The position numbers and the translations under genes are program-made. This document shows, one piece after another, positions 41,083-50,676 of a stretch of DNA of 64,000 nucleotides. The notes under the pieces were generated by a model. The model worked only from the letters and a program-made list of their open reading frames with translations. It did no database searches and had not been told where the DNA came from. This DNA comes from Candidatus Woesebacteria bacterium (GTDB lineage: Bacteria > Patescibacteriota > Microgenomatia > UBA8517), in NCBI GenBank assembly GCA_016432525.1, contig CP066693.1, positions 721,639 through 785,638 of the forward strand. Reading direction: 5' to 3'. Each line of letters opens with the position of its first letter. Position 1 is the stretch's first letter.

Positions 41083-42387
41083 CTAGTGTTTTGCCTCTCT
41101 CCCAAAAAATCTAATTCTATCTCCTTTAAAGTAAAACTTAATTTGTCCCAAAGGCCCGTTTCTGTGCTTTGCAATATCTAAAACTATATTCTCAGGAGCT
41201 TCATCGTCCTCTTTCCACAAAAACATCACAACATCAGCATCCTGCTCAATTGAACCAGATTCTCGTAAATCCGATAAAACCGGTCTCTTTGTTCCCCGCT
41301 GTTCTACTCCTCGAGAAAGCTGAGATAAGGCCAAAACCGGGATTTTAAGCTCACGAGCTATATTCTTAAACCCCTGAGAAATTTCAGAAACCTCTTGAAC
41401 CCTGTTTTCCAAATTTCTGGATCTTGCAAGCTGAAGATAATCAATAATTAGTAAATCAATTCCAAATTCAACTTGTAATCTTCGAGCTTTTGTCCTCATC
41501 TCCAAAATTGAAAGAGCAGGAGTATCATCAATATAAAATGGAGCTTCAGCCAACTCCCCCATTGCATTCGACAAACTCGTAAAATCATTCTCATCCAATT
41601 TGCCAGTTTTTAATTTCCAGGCATCAATATCAGCTTGTGCAACCAAAAGTCTATCCACCAACTCTTCACGGCTCATTTCAAGAGAAAAAAATCCAACTGG
41701 ACGTTTATGTGCTACAGCCAAATTCTGGCCAATGTTCAAAGCTAAAGAAGTTTTTCCAACACCAGGTCTTGCTGCCAAAATTATTAAATTGGATTTCTGA
41801 AATCCAGCAAGTAAATTGTCCAAATCCGAAAAACCAGTCGGCACTCCTCTAAGCCCCCCAGCCTGTTTATGAAGTTCATCCAGTCTGTCAAAAGAATCAG
41901 CCAAAGCATTTTTAACAGAAGTAAAGCTCTGCGACAAATGTTTTTGTGTCAAAGAAAAAATCTCAGATTCAGCTTTATCTAAAAGCTCTTCGGCCGAAAG
42001 CGCATCATCTGTTGAATATTTCATCAAACGACTTGAAGCCTCCATCAAAGATCTTTTAGTAGAGTGGTCTTTAATTATTTTTCCATAATGCTCAATATGC
42101 GATGAGGTTGGAACTACATTCACTACATTGGTTAGGTATGTTACTCCACCAACTTTTTTAAGAAGCTTTTTCTTCTTAAGACGCTCAGAAACTGTCAAGA
42201 CATCAATTGGAATTCGCTCAGAATAAAGATCCAAAATTGCTTGGTAAATTAGGCCGTTGCGCTCATCGTAAAAATGTTCAGCCCTCAAAAAATCGGCAAT
42301 AGCAACTACAGCATTTTTATCAAGAAGAAGCGCTCCAATTACTGAGGCTTCGGCATCAGCTGAATGGGGTGGAACGCGAATATCCAC
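41083..42387 (-). CDS. dnaB: Replicative DNA helicase DnaB
   Basis: 434 aa. Walker A GVGKTSLALNIGQN. DnaB N-terminal domain. Confidence 0.9.
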   Translation of the reverse strand: MDIRVPPHSADAEASVIGALLLDKNAVVAIADFLRAEHFYDERNGLIYQAILDLYSERIPIDVLTVSERLKKKKLLKKVGGVTYLTNVVNVVPTSSHIEHYGKIIKDHSTKRSLMEASSRLMKYSTDDALSAEELLDKAESEIFSLTQKHLSQSFTSVKNALADSFDRLDELHKQAGGLRGVPTGFSDLDNLLAGFQKSNLIILAARPGVGKTSLALNIGQNLAVAHKRPVGFFSLEMSREELVDRLLVAQADIDAWKLKTGKLDENDFTSLSNAMGELAEAPFYIDDTPALSILEMRTKARRLQVEFGIDLLIIDYLQLARSRNLENRVQEVSEISQGFKNIARELKIPVLALSQLSRGVEQRGTKRPVLSDLRESGSIEQDADVVMFLWKEDDEAPENIVLDIAKHRNGPLGQIKFYFKGDRIRFFGREAKH

Positions 42388-43032
42388 TTATTTTTTCTCC
42401 AGGGCATAAATTATTTGTTCATCACCATTTTCTTCATTTGCTTTAATAGAAAGTTTTGCTAAATTTTCAACTTTCAATCCTGTAAGTTTAAAAAAATCAC
42501 TCAAATCAGAAAGTTTGGAAAACATATCAGAGATTCCAAGAGCTTTATAATGCATAGGAATAACTCTTTTTGCCCCAATTTTGGTCACAACCTCAGAAGC
42601 TTCTTTTGGTCCAATCGTAAATTCTCCTCCAACAGGAACCATTAAAACATCAACAACTCCTATTTCTGAAACCAGTGAGTCAGTCAAAATATGCCCCAAA
42701 TCTCCCAAGTGAAGAACACGCACTCCATCGATTTCTATAAGATAAATTGTGTTTTTACCGCGTTTCTCACCTTTTTCATTATCATGAAATGAACTAAATC
42801 CAACTATCGAAACTCCACCAATCTCATATTCACCTGGATCTCTCACAACTCGCAAGCATGCTACATTATCAAGAAAGTTATGATCCTGATGCTCATGAGA
42901 AATAGTAACAATATCACATTCCTGCTTGGGAAGTCTGATGTTAAGCATTCTCGGATCAAACGGATCGCAAATTACCGATTTTTCTTTTCCTTTGAGCTTA
43001 AAACAAGAGTGTCCCAAATAAATTATTTCCAT
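42388..43032 (-). CDS. MBL-fold metallo-hydrolase
   Basis: HEHQDHN and HLGDLGH metal-binding motifs. Confidence 0.75.
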   Translation of the reverse strand: MEIIYLGHSCFKLKGKEKSVICDPFDPRMLNIRLPKQECDIVTISHEHQDHNFLDNVACLRVVRDPGEYEIGGVSIVGFSSFHDNEKGEKRGKNTIYLIEIDGVRVLHLGDLGHILTDSLVSEIGVVDVLMVPVGGEFTIGPKEASEVVTKIGAKRVIPMHYKALGISDMFSKLSDLSDFFKLTGLKVENLAKLSIKANEENGDEQIIYALEKK

Positions 43033-43044
43033 ATAAATTAGTAT

Positions 43045-44058
43045 TTGTTAGATACATATATTATAATACCAAAAGTCATGAGAAAAGAGGTTGTTTTCGC
43101 AATACTTGCAGGCTCAATCATTGGTATCGTAGTTGCCTTTGGCGCATATAGATTGAATCTTTCGTTTCAAAAAAAGAACGAAAATATTGCATCACAAGAG
43201 CCTACAAATCCAAACTCCCCCACTTCCTCTCCAACGCCTGAAGAATTTAAAATTGTTCTGGCAAAACCACAAAATTATGACGTTTTATTAAATTCTAATT
43301 ACGCAATCTCTGGTATTACAAAGCCAAATGTCTATGTAGTAGCCTTCGATACAGACGATGAATACATTACAAGATCTGATGGTAATGGAGTTTTTGAAAT
43401 CAAAGCTCAATTAAATTCAGGCGCAAATGAGGTTAAAATTGTAGCAATTGACGATTCAGGTAAGTCTTCTCAAACAAAGATAACTCTTGTCTATTCCCAA
43501 GACTTCGCCGATGAATTTTCAAAAGACCAAATAGCTTCTACTTCAGCTACAAAAATCCAAAAACCAATTTCCTTCATTGGAACAATCACAGATATCGCTG
43601 AAAATACAATTCAAATAAAAACTTTAGAGCAAAAAATCGATCAAGTCTTAGTTGATCCTAAAAATACTACATTCGTAAAAACACTAGATTCTTCAAGTAA
43701 GGCAATTACTCAAGAAGATGTAGCAATCGGCGATTTTGTAATAGCTCTAGGCTTTATTCAAGATAATAATGTCTTAAAAACTCAAAAACTAATTATTTCG
43801 TCACTAATCAAAGAGGTTAAAGATGAGGTACTTTTAGTCCAATTACAAAATTTAACAACAACTCTTACAGCCAAAGATATTCAAAACGGCGAAACCGTAA
43901 ACATAAAGGCAGGCAAAAATATTTCCTTCTCATCAAATATAAAAAATACCAAGATCACACGCCTTTCAGATTTGGACACAAACCAAACTATTTTAGTTGT
44001 AGGTATCAAAGATAGTACTGGAAACTTTGTTGCAAGGAGACTTCATCTGATAAAATAA
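43045..44058 (+). CDS. Secreted or membrane-anchored hypothetical protein (Ig-like beta domains)
   Basis: N-terminal TM, Pro/Ser linker, beta-rich repeats. Start may be 43078. Confidence 0.35.
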   Translation: MLDTYIIIPKVMRKEVVFAILAGSIIGIVVAFGAYRLNLSFQKKNENIASQEPTNPNSPTSSPTPEEFKIVLAKPQNYDVLLNSNYAISGITKPNVYVVAFDTDDEYITRSDGNGVFEIKAQLNSGANEVKIVAIDDSGKSSQTKITLVYSQDFADEFSKDQIASTSATKIQKPISFIGTITDIAENTIQIKTLEQKIDQVLVDPKNTTFVKTLDSSSKAITQEDVAIGDFVIALGFIQDNNVLKTQKLIISSLIKEVKDEVLLVQLQNLTTTLTAKDIQNGETVNIKAGKNISFSSNIKNTKITRLSDLDTNQTILVVGIKDSTGNFVARRLHLIK

Positions 44059-44062
44059 AATT

Positions 44063-44923
44063 ATGAAAAAAGGCCCCCTTACTCCAAAAGGCTTTAGAGA
44101 TATAAACCCTCCTATTGCCAAAAAGCGACGCGAAATTATAAATAAAATCGCAGACACCCTGGAAAATCTGGGTTTTAATCCACTAGAAACTCCAACGATT
44201 GAGTTTTCTGAAACTCTTGAAGGAAAATATGGTGATGAAGAAAAATTAATTTATAAATTTACTGACCGAGGCGATCGCAAGTTAGCTCTTCGTTACGATC
44301 TTACAGTTCCTCTTGCTCGCTACGTAGCCAATAATAATCCCCAATTTCCTTTTCGCCGCTATCAAATTGGCCAGGTTTTTAGAGGTGAAAATCCACAAAA
44401 AGGAAGATTTCGTGAATTTACCCAGTTTGACTTTGATACAGTTGGTGTTGTTGATATCAATGAAGATGCAAAAATAATTGCAGCAGCCATAAAATCAATT
44501 AAAGAACTCGGATTCAAAAATGCCAAAATGGCAATAAACGATCGCGAAAACTTCAAAAGTTTAAAAGTAGAAGATATCCGAGAAATAGACAAAATCTATA
44601 AAATAGGAAAAGAAAACACACGAAAAGAACTTTTAGAATTTGTTGAAAAAAGTAAACCAACAAATCGTCTTACTCAAATCTTTGAAATTTTAAAATCCGA
44701 ATATGGCCTTTCATATCAGGACTTTTTCTTTGATCCAACTCTTGCTCGCGGACTTGATTACTACACTTCAACAATATTAGAACTAAAGCCGGATGGAAAA
44801 CCCGAAGAACAGTCTATTGGTGGTGGCGGAAGATATGACAAATTAATTGGAATGTTTGCGGGTCGTGAAATTCCAGCTGTTGGATTTTCTTTTGGAATTG
44901 ATCGATTAACCGAGCTTGTATGA
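44063..44923 (+). CDS. Histidyl-tRNA synthetase-like catalytic-domain-only protein (HisZ-like)
   Basis: 286 aa. Class II motifs LRYDLTVPLARY, FRRYQIGQVFRGENPQKGRFREFTQFD, GGGGRYD, GFSFGIDRL. No anticodon-binding domain. Confidence 0.65.
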   Translation: MKKGPLTPKGFRDINPPIAKKRREIINKIADTLENLGFNPLETPTIEFSETLEGKYGDEEKLIYKFTDRGDRKLALRYDLTVPLARYVANNNPQFPFRRYQIGQVFRGENPQKGRFREFTQFDFDTVGVVDINEDAKIIAAAIKSIKELGFKNAKMAINDRENFKSLKVEDIREIDKIYKIGKENTRKELLEFVEKSKPTNRLTQIFEILKSEYGLSYQDFFFDPTLARGLDYYTSTILELKPDGKPEEQSIGGGGRYDKLIGMFAGREIPAVGFSFGIDRLTELV

Positions 44924-45807
44924 AATCCAAACTGCCCTCATATTTTTACCTTCTTCTGGTAAGTTTAATTTGGGGTTATGCAGCAGTAGTTATAAAACAA
45001 ACCTTATTCGGTATCACTCCTCTAATTTTTCTTCTCTACAGGTTTGTAATTTCATCAATATTAGGTATTTTTTCTATCTCAAAAAAAAATCTAAGCATTT
45101 TCAAAAATTACCTACCTCAAATATTTCTGTATAGTTTACTATCAACCACCGTTTCTTTAGCTCTTCTCTTTGTAGGTTTACAAAAAACCTCAGTTTTGAC
45201 TCTATCTTTAATATCAGTTTGCTCTCCACTTTTGCTATCCCTTTCCGCAATTGTATTTCTTAAAGAAAACGAATCTAAAAAATTCAGAATAGGAAGCTCT
45301 ATCGCTTTTGTTGGAGCCCTAATTGCCGTAATTGCACCAATTATAGGCCCAATCAATAATCTAGGCCAATTTGGAGGGAATCTTCTAATTGTGCTTTCAA
45401 CTCTTGCAGACATTGCCTCACTTCTTATTCTAAAACGCCTCGTCCAAAAAGGAGTTCCGCCACTTTTTTTGATAAATATCTCTTTTATTATTGGACTTAT
45501 TACCCTTTTTCCTGTTACCCTCTATTTTCATCCATTAAAAGAAATCTTTGATCAAATAAGAACTCTTAATCTAAATTATCATTTAGGAGTTTGGTATATG
45601 GCAATTTTCTCAGGCACGATTGCCTATTTTTTAAGAGCAAAAGCTCAAAAAACATTGAAAGTGGCAGAAGTGGGGATTTTCTCTCATTTACAGGCAGTCT
45701 TCAGTGTTGCTTTTGCAATTTTGATTTTAAAAGAAACAATCTCTTCATTTTTTATGATAGGAGCTTCGATAATAATTTTAGGAATAGTAATCGCCGAAAC
45801 CCGCTAA
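44920..45807 (+). CDS. EamA/DMT-family transporter
   Basis: 295 aa, 10 TM, two EamA repeats. Confidence 0.75.
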   Translation: MKSKLPSYFYLLLVSLIWGYAAVVIKQTLFGITPLIFLLYRFVISSILGIFSISKKNLSIFKNYLPQIFLYSLLSTTVSLALLFVGLQKTSVLTLSLISVCSPLLLSLSAIVFLKENESKKFRIGSSIAFVGALIAVIAPIIGPINNLGQFGGNLLIVLSTLADIASLLILKRLVQKGVPPLFLINISFIIGLITLFPVTLYFHPLKEIFDQIRTLNLNYHLGVWYMAIFSGTIAYFLRAKAQKTLKVAEVGIFSHLQAVFSVAFAILILKETISSFFMIGASIIILGIVIAETR

Positions 45808-45809
45808 AC

Positions 45810-45838
45810 TTGACTATAGGGTTATTTTCATATAAAAT
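45810..45838 (+). promoter_or_regulatory. Candidate promoter TTGACT - 17 nt - TAAAAT
   Basis: Upstream of the GC-rich ORF 45962-46429. Confidence 0.4.
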
Positions 45839-45863
45839 CCTTACTAATTCAGCCCTTTAAAAT

Positions 45864-45902
45864 TAGAAAGGCAGCACCAGAAAGTATATAAACTTTGTAT
45901 CT
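45864..45902 (+). promoter_or_regulatory. 11-bp perfect inverted repeat GCACCAGAAAG / CTTTTCTGGTGC in the 5'-UTR
   Basis: Stem-loop with a 16-nt loop between the predicted TSS and a strong SD (GAGGGGG). Candidate operator or RNA regulatory hairpin. Confidence 0.5.
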
Positions 45903-45961
45903 TTTCTGGTGCTGTCAACACCTGTGTAAAGTCCTAAGGCTAAAAACCCGAGGGGGTAAAA

Positions 45962-46429
45962 ATGTCTAACTCGAATCCTTTTGCTAATGCTAAGCCTAGT
46001 GCTGGGGAAACTGCCTTCGACAAAATCTGCAGCGCGTTTGTGATATTAATAAGGCTCGCAGATAAAATCTTATCATCCAACGAGCCAAAAGGCTATGTCT
46101 CTGTTTCAGAGACAAAGCTCCCAAGCGGCGCTTGCATGGCACTAAACATTAAGATTCTAACGGATCAACCGCCTAGAAGCTTTACATTCGGTCGTACTGT
46201 GTTTGGCAGAATAGTTTGGTGTAGGGGCAAGGATATCACCAGAATGGACAGCCATCCATTTTGGGAAACAATGCTTGCTATCAGTACTGTGATTCTTCAT
46301 CTGAACTATGAGCTCGGGGCAAGCGATGAACAAATAATCAAATCGCAAAGCTTTATCGATGATGCCCAGGCTCACCTCGACAGCAAAAACGAATCCGCTG
46401 AACCTGCTTCCACACCAGAAATTGCCTAA
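45962..46429 (+). CDS. Hypothetical protein in a GC-rich island
   Basis: 155 aa, about 48-50% GC against about 33% background. Strong SD. No recognisable domain. Confidence 0.4.
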   Translation: MSNSNPFANAKPSAGETAFDKICSAFVILIRLADKILSSNEPKGYVSVSETKLPSGACMALNIKILTDQPPRSFTFGRTVFGRIVWCRGKDITRMDSHPFWETMLAISTVILHLNYELGASDEQIIKSQSFIDDAQAHLDSKNESAEPASTPEIA

Positions 46430-46456
46430 GTAAACACAATAACAAGTTGACACACC

Positions 46457-46501
46457 AAATTACCCGGAGTCATAGATAACTATCTAATTGATCCTCCGGG
46501 T
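46457..46501 (+). terminator. Rho-independent terminator (CCCGGAG ... CTCCGGG + T6)
   Basis: 7-bp GC stem with an inner TAGATA/TATCTA stem. U-tract immediately 3'. Confidence 0.65.
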
Positions 46502-46546
46502 TTTTTGTTGCCTAAAATCAGTTATCCTGCTATAATTCAAGCTGTT

Positions 46547-46867
46547 ATGAAAGCAGCGATTCATCCAAAATATTACGAAGAAACTAAAGTTACATGCGCT
46601 TGCGGCGCTACCTATAACTTTGGCTCAACTATGCCCGAACTCAAAGTTGAAATTTGTGCCAACTGTCATCCTTTTTACACAGGCCAAATGAAATTTATTG
46701 ACACCAAGGGCCGTGTCGAAGCTTTCCGTATAAAACAAAAAAATGCAAAGAAAGTAGTTTCCAAAACTGAAAGAAGAAACGCTAAAAAAGTTCAGAAGAG
46801 AAGATTTGAAGAATCCCTTCCAGAGACGCTTTCAGAACTTCGTAAAGTCATCAAAAGAAAAAAATAA
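46547..46867 (+). CDS. rpmE: 50S ribosomal protein L31 with Lys-rich C-terminal extension
   Basis: [20 protein letters not shown]...[10 protein letters not shown] core. About 45 extra Lys/Arg-rich residues. Start at the internal Met of the track ORF. Confidence 0.8.
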   Translation: MKAAIHPKYYEETKVTCACGATYNFGSTMPELKVEICANCHPFYTGQMKFIDTKGRVEAFRIKQKNAKKVVSKTERRNAKKVQKRRFEESLPETLSELRKVIKRKK

Positions 46868-46877
46868 ATCTTAGCTC

Positions 46878-47573
46878 ATGGAAAATCAAACATTATTTTT
46901 GGAAGTAAGAGGCGCTACGGGTGGTGATGAAGCAAAGATTTGGGCTCAGGATCTTCTTCGCATGTATTTGCGCTTCGCAAATAGAAATAATCTAAAAGTT
47001 ACCCAAATTGATGAAAATACCCTCAAAATCGCCGGAGTAGATGTATTTGACAATTTAAAAAATGAATCAGGTGTTCATAGGGTTCAAAGAATTCCTCAAA
47101 CTGAAAAACGCGGTCGTGTTCACACTTCAACTGCAACTGTTGCCGTACTTCCCGAAATCAAAGAAAGTGAAGTTTCTATAAATCCTCAGGATTTGGATAT
47201 ACAATTTTATAGATCAGGAGGCCATGGTGGCCAAAATGTAAATAAAGTTTCAACAGCAGTCAGGCTTACCCATAAACCAACTGGAATTGTAGTTACAGCC
47301 CAAACTGAAAGATTTCAGGAACAAAACAGGATTAATGCACTTAGTATTTTACGTGCAAAACTCTGGGAAAAAGAAGAGGAAAGAAAAATGAAAGAAGTTT
47401 CAGGATATAGATCAAAAATCGGAAGAGGAATGCGCTCTGAAAAAATTAGAACTTACAATTTCCCTCAAAATAGAGTTACAGATCACAGGATCAATAAAAG
47501 CTGGGGAAATTTAGACTCCATAGTCGACGGCAACTTGGAAAAAATCATAGAAGCCACAAAAAACATTGTGTAA
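46878..47573 (+). CDS. prfA: Peptide chain release factor 1, N-terminally truncated (domains 2-4 only)
   Basis: 231 aa. P-x-T (PQT) codon-recognition motif, GGQ motif GGHGGQNVNKV. Begins at the LEVRGATGGDEA equivalent of RF1 domain 2. Only 10 nt separate it from rpmE. Confidence 0.7.
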   Translation: MENQTLFLEVRGATGGDEAKIWAQDLLRMYLRFANRNNLKVTQIDENTLKIAGVDVFDNLKNESGVHRVQRIPQTEKRGRVHTSTATVAVLPEIKESEVSINPQDLDIQFYRSGGHGGQNVNKVSTAVRLTHKPTGIVVTAQTERFQEQNRINALSILRAKLWEKEEERKMKEVSGYRSKIGRGMRSEKIRTYNFPQNRVTDHRINKSWGNLDSIVDGNLEKIIEATKNIV

Positions 47574-47584
47574 TATAATTAAGT

Positions 47585-47968
47585 GTGCAGCAAGATTATC
47601 TTGATAGAAAAACTCAATATTACTTAAGGGCTAAAAGCCTCATTCACTTTCTCATTCGTCCAATTCCAATCCTTTTGGCTGCCTTTTTAACTTTTTATAG
47701 CTTAATTGTTTTTATCAACAATAAAGATTATTCAAATACAGTAATGCTTAAGCTAGCCTTAACAACTCTTAATATGTGGATAGGAACTATTGCTGGAGTT
47801 TTGATTTATGATAACGCTCAAAAAAGATATCTCGTTGTTAATATTTCAAACAATACAAGCTATGTCTGGCCTATTGTAGTTCCAATTCTTTGGCTTATTT
47901 TTACTTTCTTTGCCTGGTTTGCTTCTCTTCCGGTTTACTTAATGTATAAAAAATCAAGGCTGAATTAA
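47585..47968 (+). CDS. Small membrane protein, unknown
   Basis: 127 aa, 3-4 TM. Confidence 0.35.
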   Translation: MQQDYLDRKTQYYLRAKSLIHFLIRPIPILLAAFLTFYSLIVFINNKDYSNTVMLKLALTTLNMWIGTIAGVLIYDNAQKRYLVVNISNNTSYVWPIVVPILWLIFTFFAWFASLPVYLMYKKSRLN

Positions 47969-47971
47969 ATC

Positions 47972-49135
47972 TCACTGACCAGCATCTCCAAGATCAACCT
48001 CGATTGTTGAAGTATTTCCATTTCTCCAAATATCAACTTTAATTTTATCTCCAACTTTTTTCTTAGCAATAATAGCTGTTAGCCCGCCGTTATCATCTCG
48101 GACGTCAACTCCATCTATTTTTGTAATAATATCATCAACTTGTATTCCAGCCTTTTCAGCTGGAGAGCCTGCAACTACATCTTTGACATAAGCTCCCTGT
48201 GGAATATCATTCGAGATAGCTGTTGAAAGATTAACCATCTGGTAGGAAACTCCCAAAAACGCTTTTGATGCAAATTTGCCATTTTGTTTAAATTGATCAA
48301 GGGCCAATCTTACAACATCAATAGGAATTGCAAACCCAATATTTTGCGCCCCTTGAGCAACAGCCACATTTATTCCTATAACTTCGCCCGTAGAGTTAAT
48401 AAGAGGTCCACCGCTATTTCCAGGATTTATTGCAGCATCTGTTTGTATCACATTATCAAGTCTCTCAACATATCCTTGAAAATCTGATCCAGCATCAATT
48501 CCACGCCCAAGTCCAGATACAACACCTGTTGTTACAGTATTTCTAAATTCCCCCAAAGCCGTTCCAATTGCAATAACAAATTGCCCAACTTTTAAATTAG
48601 AAGAATTTCCCAATTTTACTGGAGTTAGTCCTGTTGCGTTTATTTTCAAAATAGCTATATCATTAGATGGATCACGGCTAATTTTATCAACTTTATACTC
48701 TTTATTATCCTTTGTCACAACTTTATAAGTGCCAGTTGTATCAGAAACTACATGTTTATTCGTTACAATAAGTCCATCAGAAGAGAGGATAAATCCTGTT
48801 CCAATATCCTGCGGTTTTCCTCCAACAGTCCCCTGTTTAAAGCCATTAAACATATCAAAATTTAAGATTCGTCTTTGAGGAACTTCAATCGAAACCGTTA
48901 CAACAGATGGAGAAACATTATCAAAAACATCAGTAACAACAGACTCCTCTCTAACTATCTTTTGATTTACTGTGTTAGGTTGACTAGCTCTTGGAAAAAG
49001 TCTATCCAATGGCTTAAAACCAAAAACACGATCGGCAATTGCCCCACCTGTCACAGCCACAAACAAAATTACTAAAACTGGAACAATTATTAAAAGTTTC
49101 TTAAAAAGAAGACTACTTAAATTTATTTTTCTCAT
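47972..49135 (-). CDS. HtrA/DegP-family serine protease (trypsin-like + PDZ)
   Basis: GNSGGPLIN catalytic Ser motif, C-terminal PDZ domain. Confidence 0.85.
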   Translation of the reverse strand: MRKINLSSLLFKKLLIIVPVLVILFVAVTGGAIADRVFGFKPLDRLFPRASQPNTVNQKIVREESVVTDVFDNVSPSVVTVSIEVPQRRILNFDMFNGFKQGTVGGKPQDIGTGFILSSDGLIVTNKHVVSDTTGTYKVVTKDNKEYKVDKISRDPSNDIAILKINATGLTPVKLGNSSNLKVGQFVIAIGTALGEFRNTVTTGVVSGLGRGIDAGSDFQGYVERLDNVIQTDAAINPGNSGGPLINSTGEVIGINVAVAQGAQNIGFAIPIDVVRLALDQFKQNGKFASKAFLGVSYQMVNLSTAISNDIPQGAYVKDVVAGSPAEKAGIQVDDIITKIDGVDVRDDNGGLTAIIAKKKVGDKIKVDIWRNGNTSTIEVDLGDAGQ

Positions 49136-49177
49136 ACCCTATTTTTAAAATATAAATCTGAAATTTTGCTGAACAAT

Positions 49178-50413
49178 TTATAAACTAACTTCATTAATTG
49201 CTGCTTTAAGCTGCAAATCCTCTTTTCCAATTGGATCTTCGGTTACTTTCACATCAGGATCTAAACCTTTCTCATTTACCCAAAATCCAGAAGGAGTAAG
49301 CCATTTTGCAATCGTAATGTGAAGGCCAGATCCACTATCAAGCTGTTCCGGCTCTTGGACTGTTCCTTTTCCAAAAGTAGTGTCCCCTATAAGTTTAATT
49401 CTCTTATCATCCCTTAAAGCTCCAGCTAGAATCTCTGAAGCAGATGCAGATCCTTTATTAACCAGAATAACAATTTTCTCATTTGTAAATCTAGGAGTCT
49501 TCTCGTTTTTTACAGATTCCATAGTCCCGTCACCTTTCTTCTCAGAAACCACAATTTGGTTATTATCAACAAAATCAGAAGCAATATCGACTGCAGCTTG
49601 CAAATATCCTCCAGGATTATTTCGAACATCAATAATTATCTTGGTCGTTCCATGACCTTTAACCTCATCGACAATTTTATTCCATTCAGTCAAAGTTTCA
49701 GCACCAAATTTCAAAATCTTAATCTGAGCAATATCTTTATTATCCCCAACATAAGTCAAATCAACACTTGGAACATCAATAGTTGCGCGAACAAGATCAA
49801 AAATTAAAGGTTTATCAACTCCGTCACGCCTAATTGCAAGAGTAACTTTAGTTCCGGCCTGACCTCGAATTGCCCCAACTGCCTCAGGAAGAGTAATTCC
49901 CGCAGTTCCCATATCAATCTTTTTCGCATCATCTTTTATGCCAATAATATAATCTCCTGCCTTAATTCCTGCCTTATCAGCAGGGCTCTGAGTCAGTGGC
50001 GCAATTACTGCCAAATTTGTACCGCGAAATCCAATTTGAATACCGACTCCATCAAAATTTCCATGAAGATCATCCTCAGTTATTTTATTTTCGTTCGGAG
50101 TTAAAAACACTGTATAAGGGTCCCCTACAGCCTCAACCATACCCTTGATTGCTCCATAAACCATATTTGCGGAATTAAGCTTTGATTTATCAAAATATGA
50201 AGAATTTAAAGTATCCCAAACTCTCCAAAAAAGAGAAAAGTCCAAATTGGAAACAGGAACGTCTCGAGATATAGAAACTCTTGGACCAACTTGCCCAAAA
50301 GTTATTCCTTTAAGCCCTACTAAATACCCAAAAACAAAAGTAAAAGTAACAACAAAAATACCCAAAACTACATTCCTTGCCAGCTTGATACTAACTTTGG
50401 GCAATTTTTTCAT
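49178..50413 (-). CDS. Carboxy-terminal processing peptidase (S41)
   Basis: PDZ domain plus S41 catalytic region (ILVNKGSASASEILAGAL). Confidence 0.85.
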   Translation of the reverse strand: MKKLPKVSIKLARNVVLGIFVVTFTFVFGYLVGLKGITFGQVGPRVSISRDVPVSNLDFSLFWRVWDTLNSSYFDKSKLNSANMVYGAIKGMVEAVGDPYTVFLTPNENKITEDDLHGNFDGVGIQIGFRGTNLAVIAPLTQSPADKAGIKAGDYIIGIKDDAKKIDMGTAGITLPEAVGAIRGQAGTKVTLAIRRDGVDKPLIFDLVRATIDVPSVDLTYVGDNKDIAQIKILKFGAETLTEWNKIVDEVKGHGTTKIIIDVRNNPGGYLQAAVDIASDFVDNNQIVVSEKKGDGTMESVKNEKTPRFTNEKIVILVNKGSASASEILAGALRDDKRIKLIGDTTFGKGTVQEPEQLDSGSGLHITIAKWLTPSGFWVNEKGLDPDVKVTEDPIGKEDLQLKAAINEVSL

Positions 50414-50422
50414 AAATATATT

Positions 50423-50671
50423 TTATATAGCTACCTTAAAAGGAAGAAGAGCCAAATGTCTGAGTCTTTTAATTGAAATCGCAAGTTTTCTTTGATGTTT
50501 ATTACAAACCCCCGATCTTCCTCTGGAAAGTATTCGAGATCTGTCTGAAACAAACTTTGAAATTGTATCAATATCTTTATAATCAGGATCTCTTTTATTT
50601 TCGCAAAAATAACAATTAAGCTTTTTAACTGGTTTAATGTTTGTATTTTTTTTGAATTTCTTTTTCATCAT
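50423..50671 (-). CDS. rpsR: 30S ribosomal protein S18
   Basis: CYFC...ISRGRSGVCNKHQRKL. Confidence 0.9.
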   Translation of the reverse strand: MMKKKFKKNTNIKPVKKLNCYFCENKRDPDYKDIDTISKFVSDRSRILSRGRSGVCNKHQRKLAISIKRLRHLALLPFKVAI

Positions 50672-50676
50672 ATAAA

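Noticed and set aside
46157-46453. Antisense 98-aa ORF within the GC-rich island gene
   Set aside because: The forward ORF has promoter, SD and terminator. The antisense frame is open only because of high GC.
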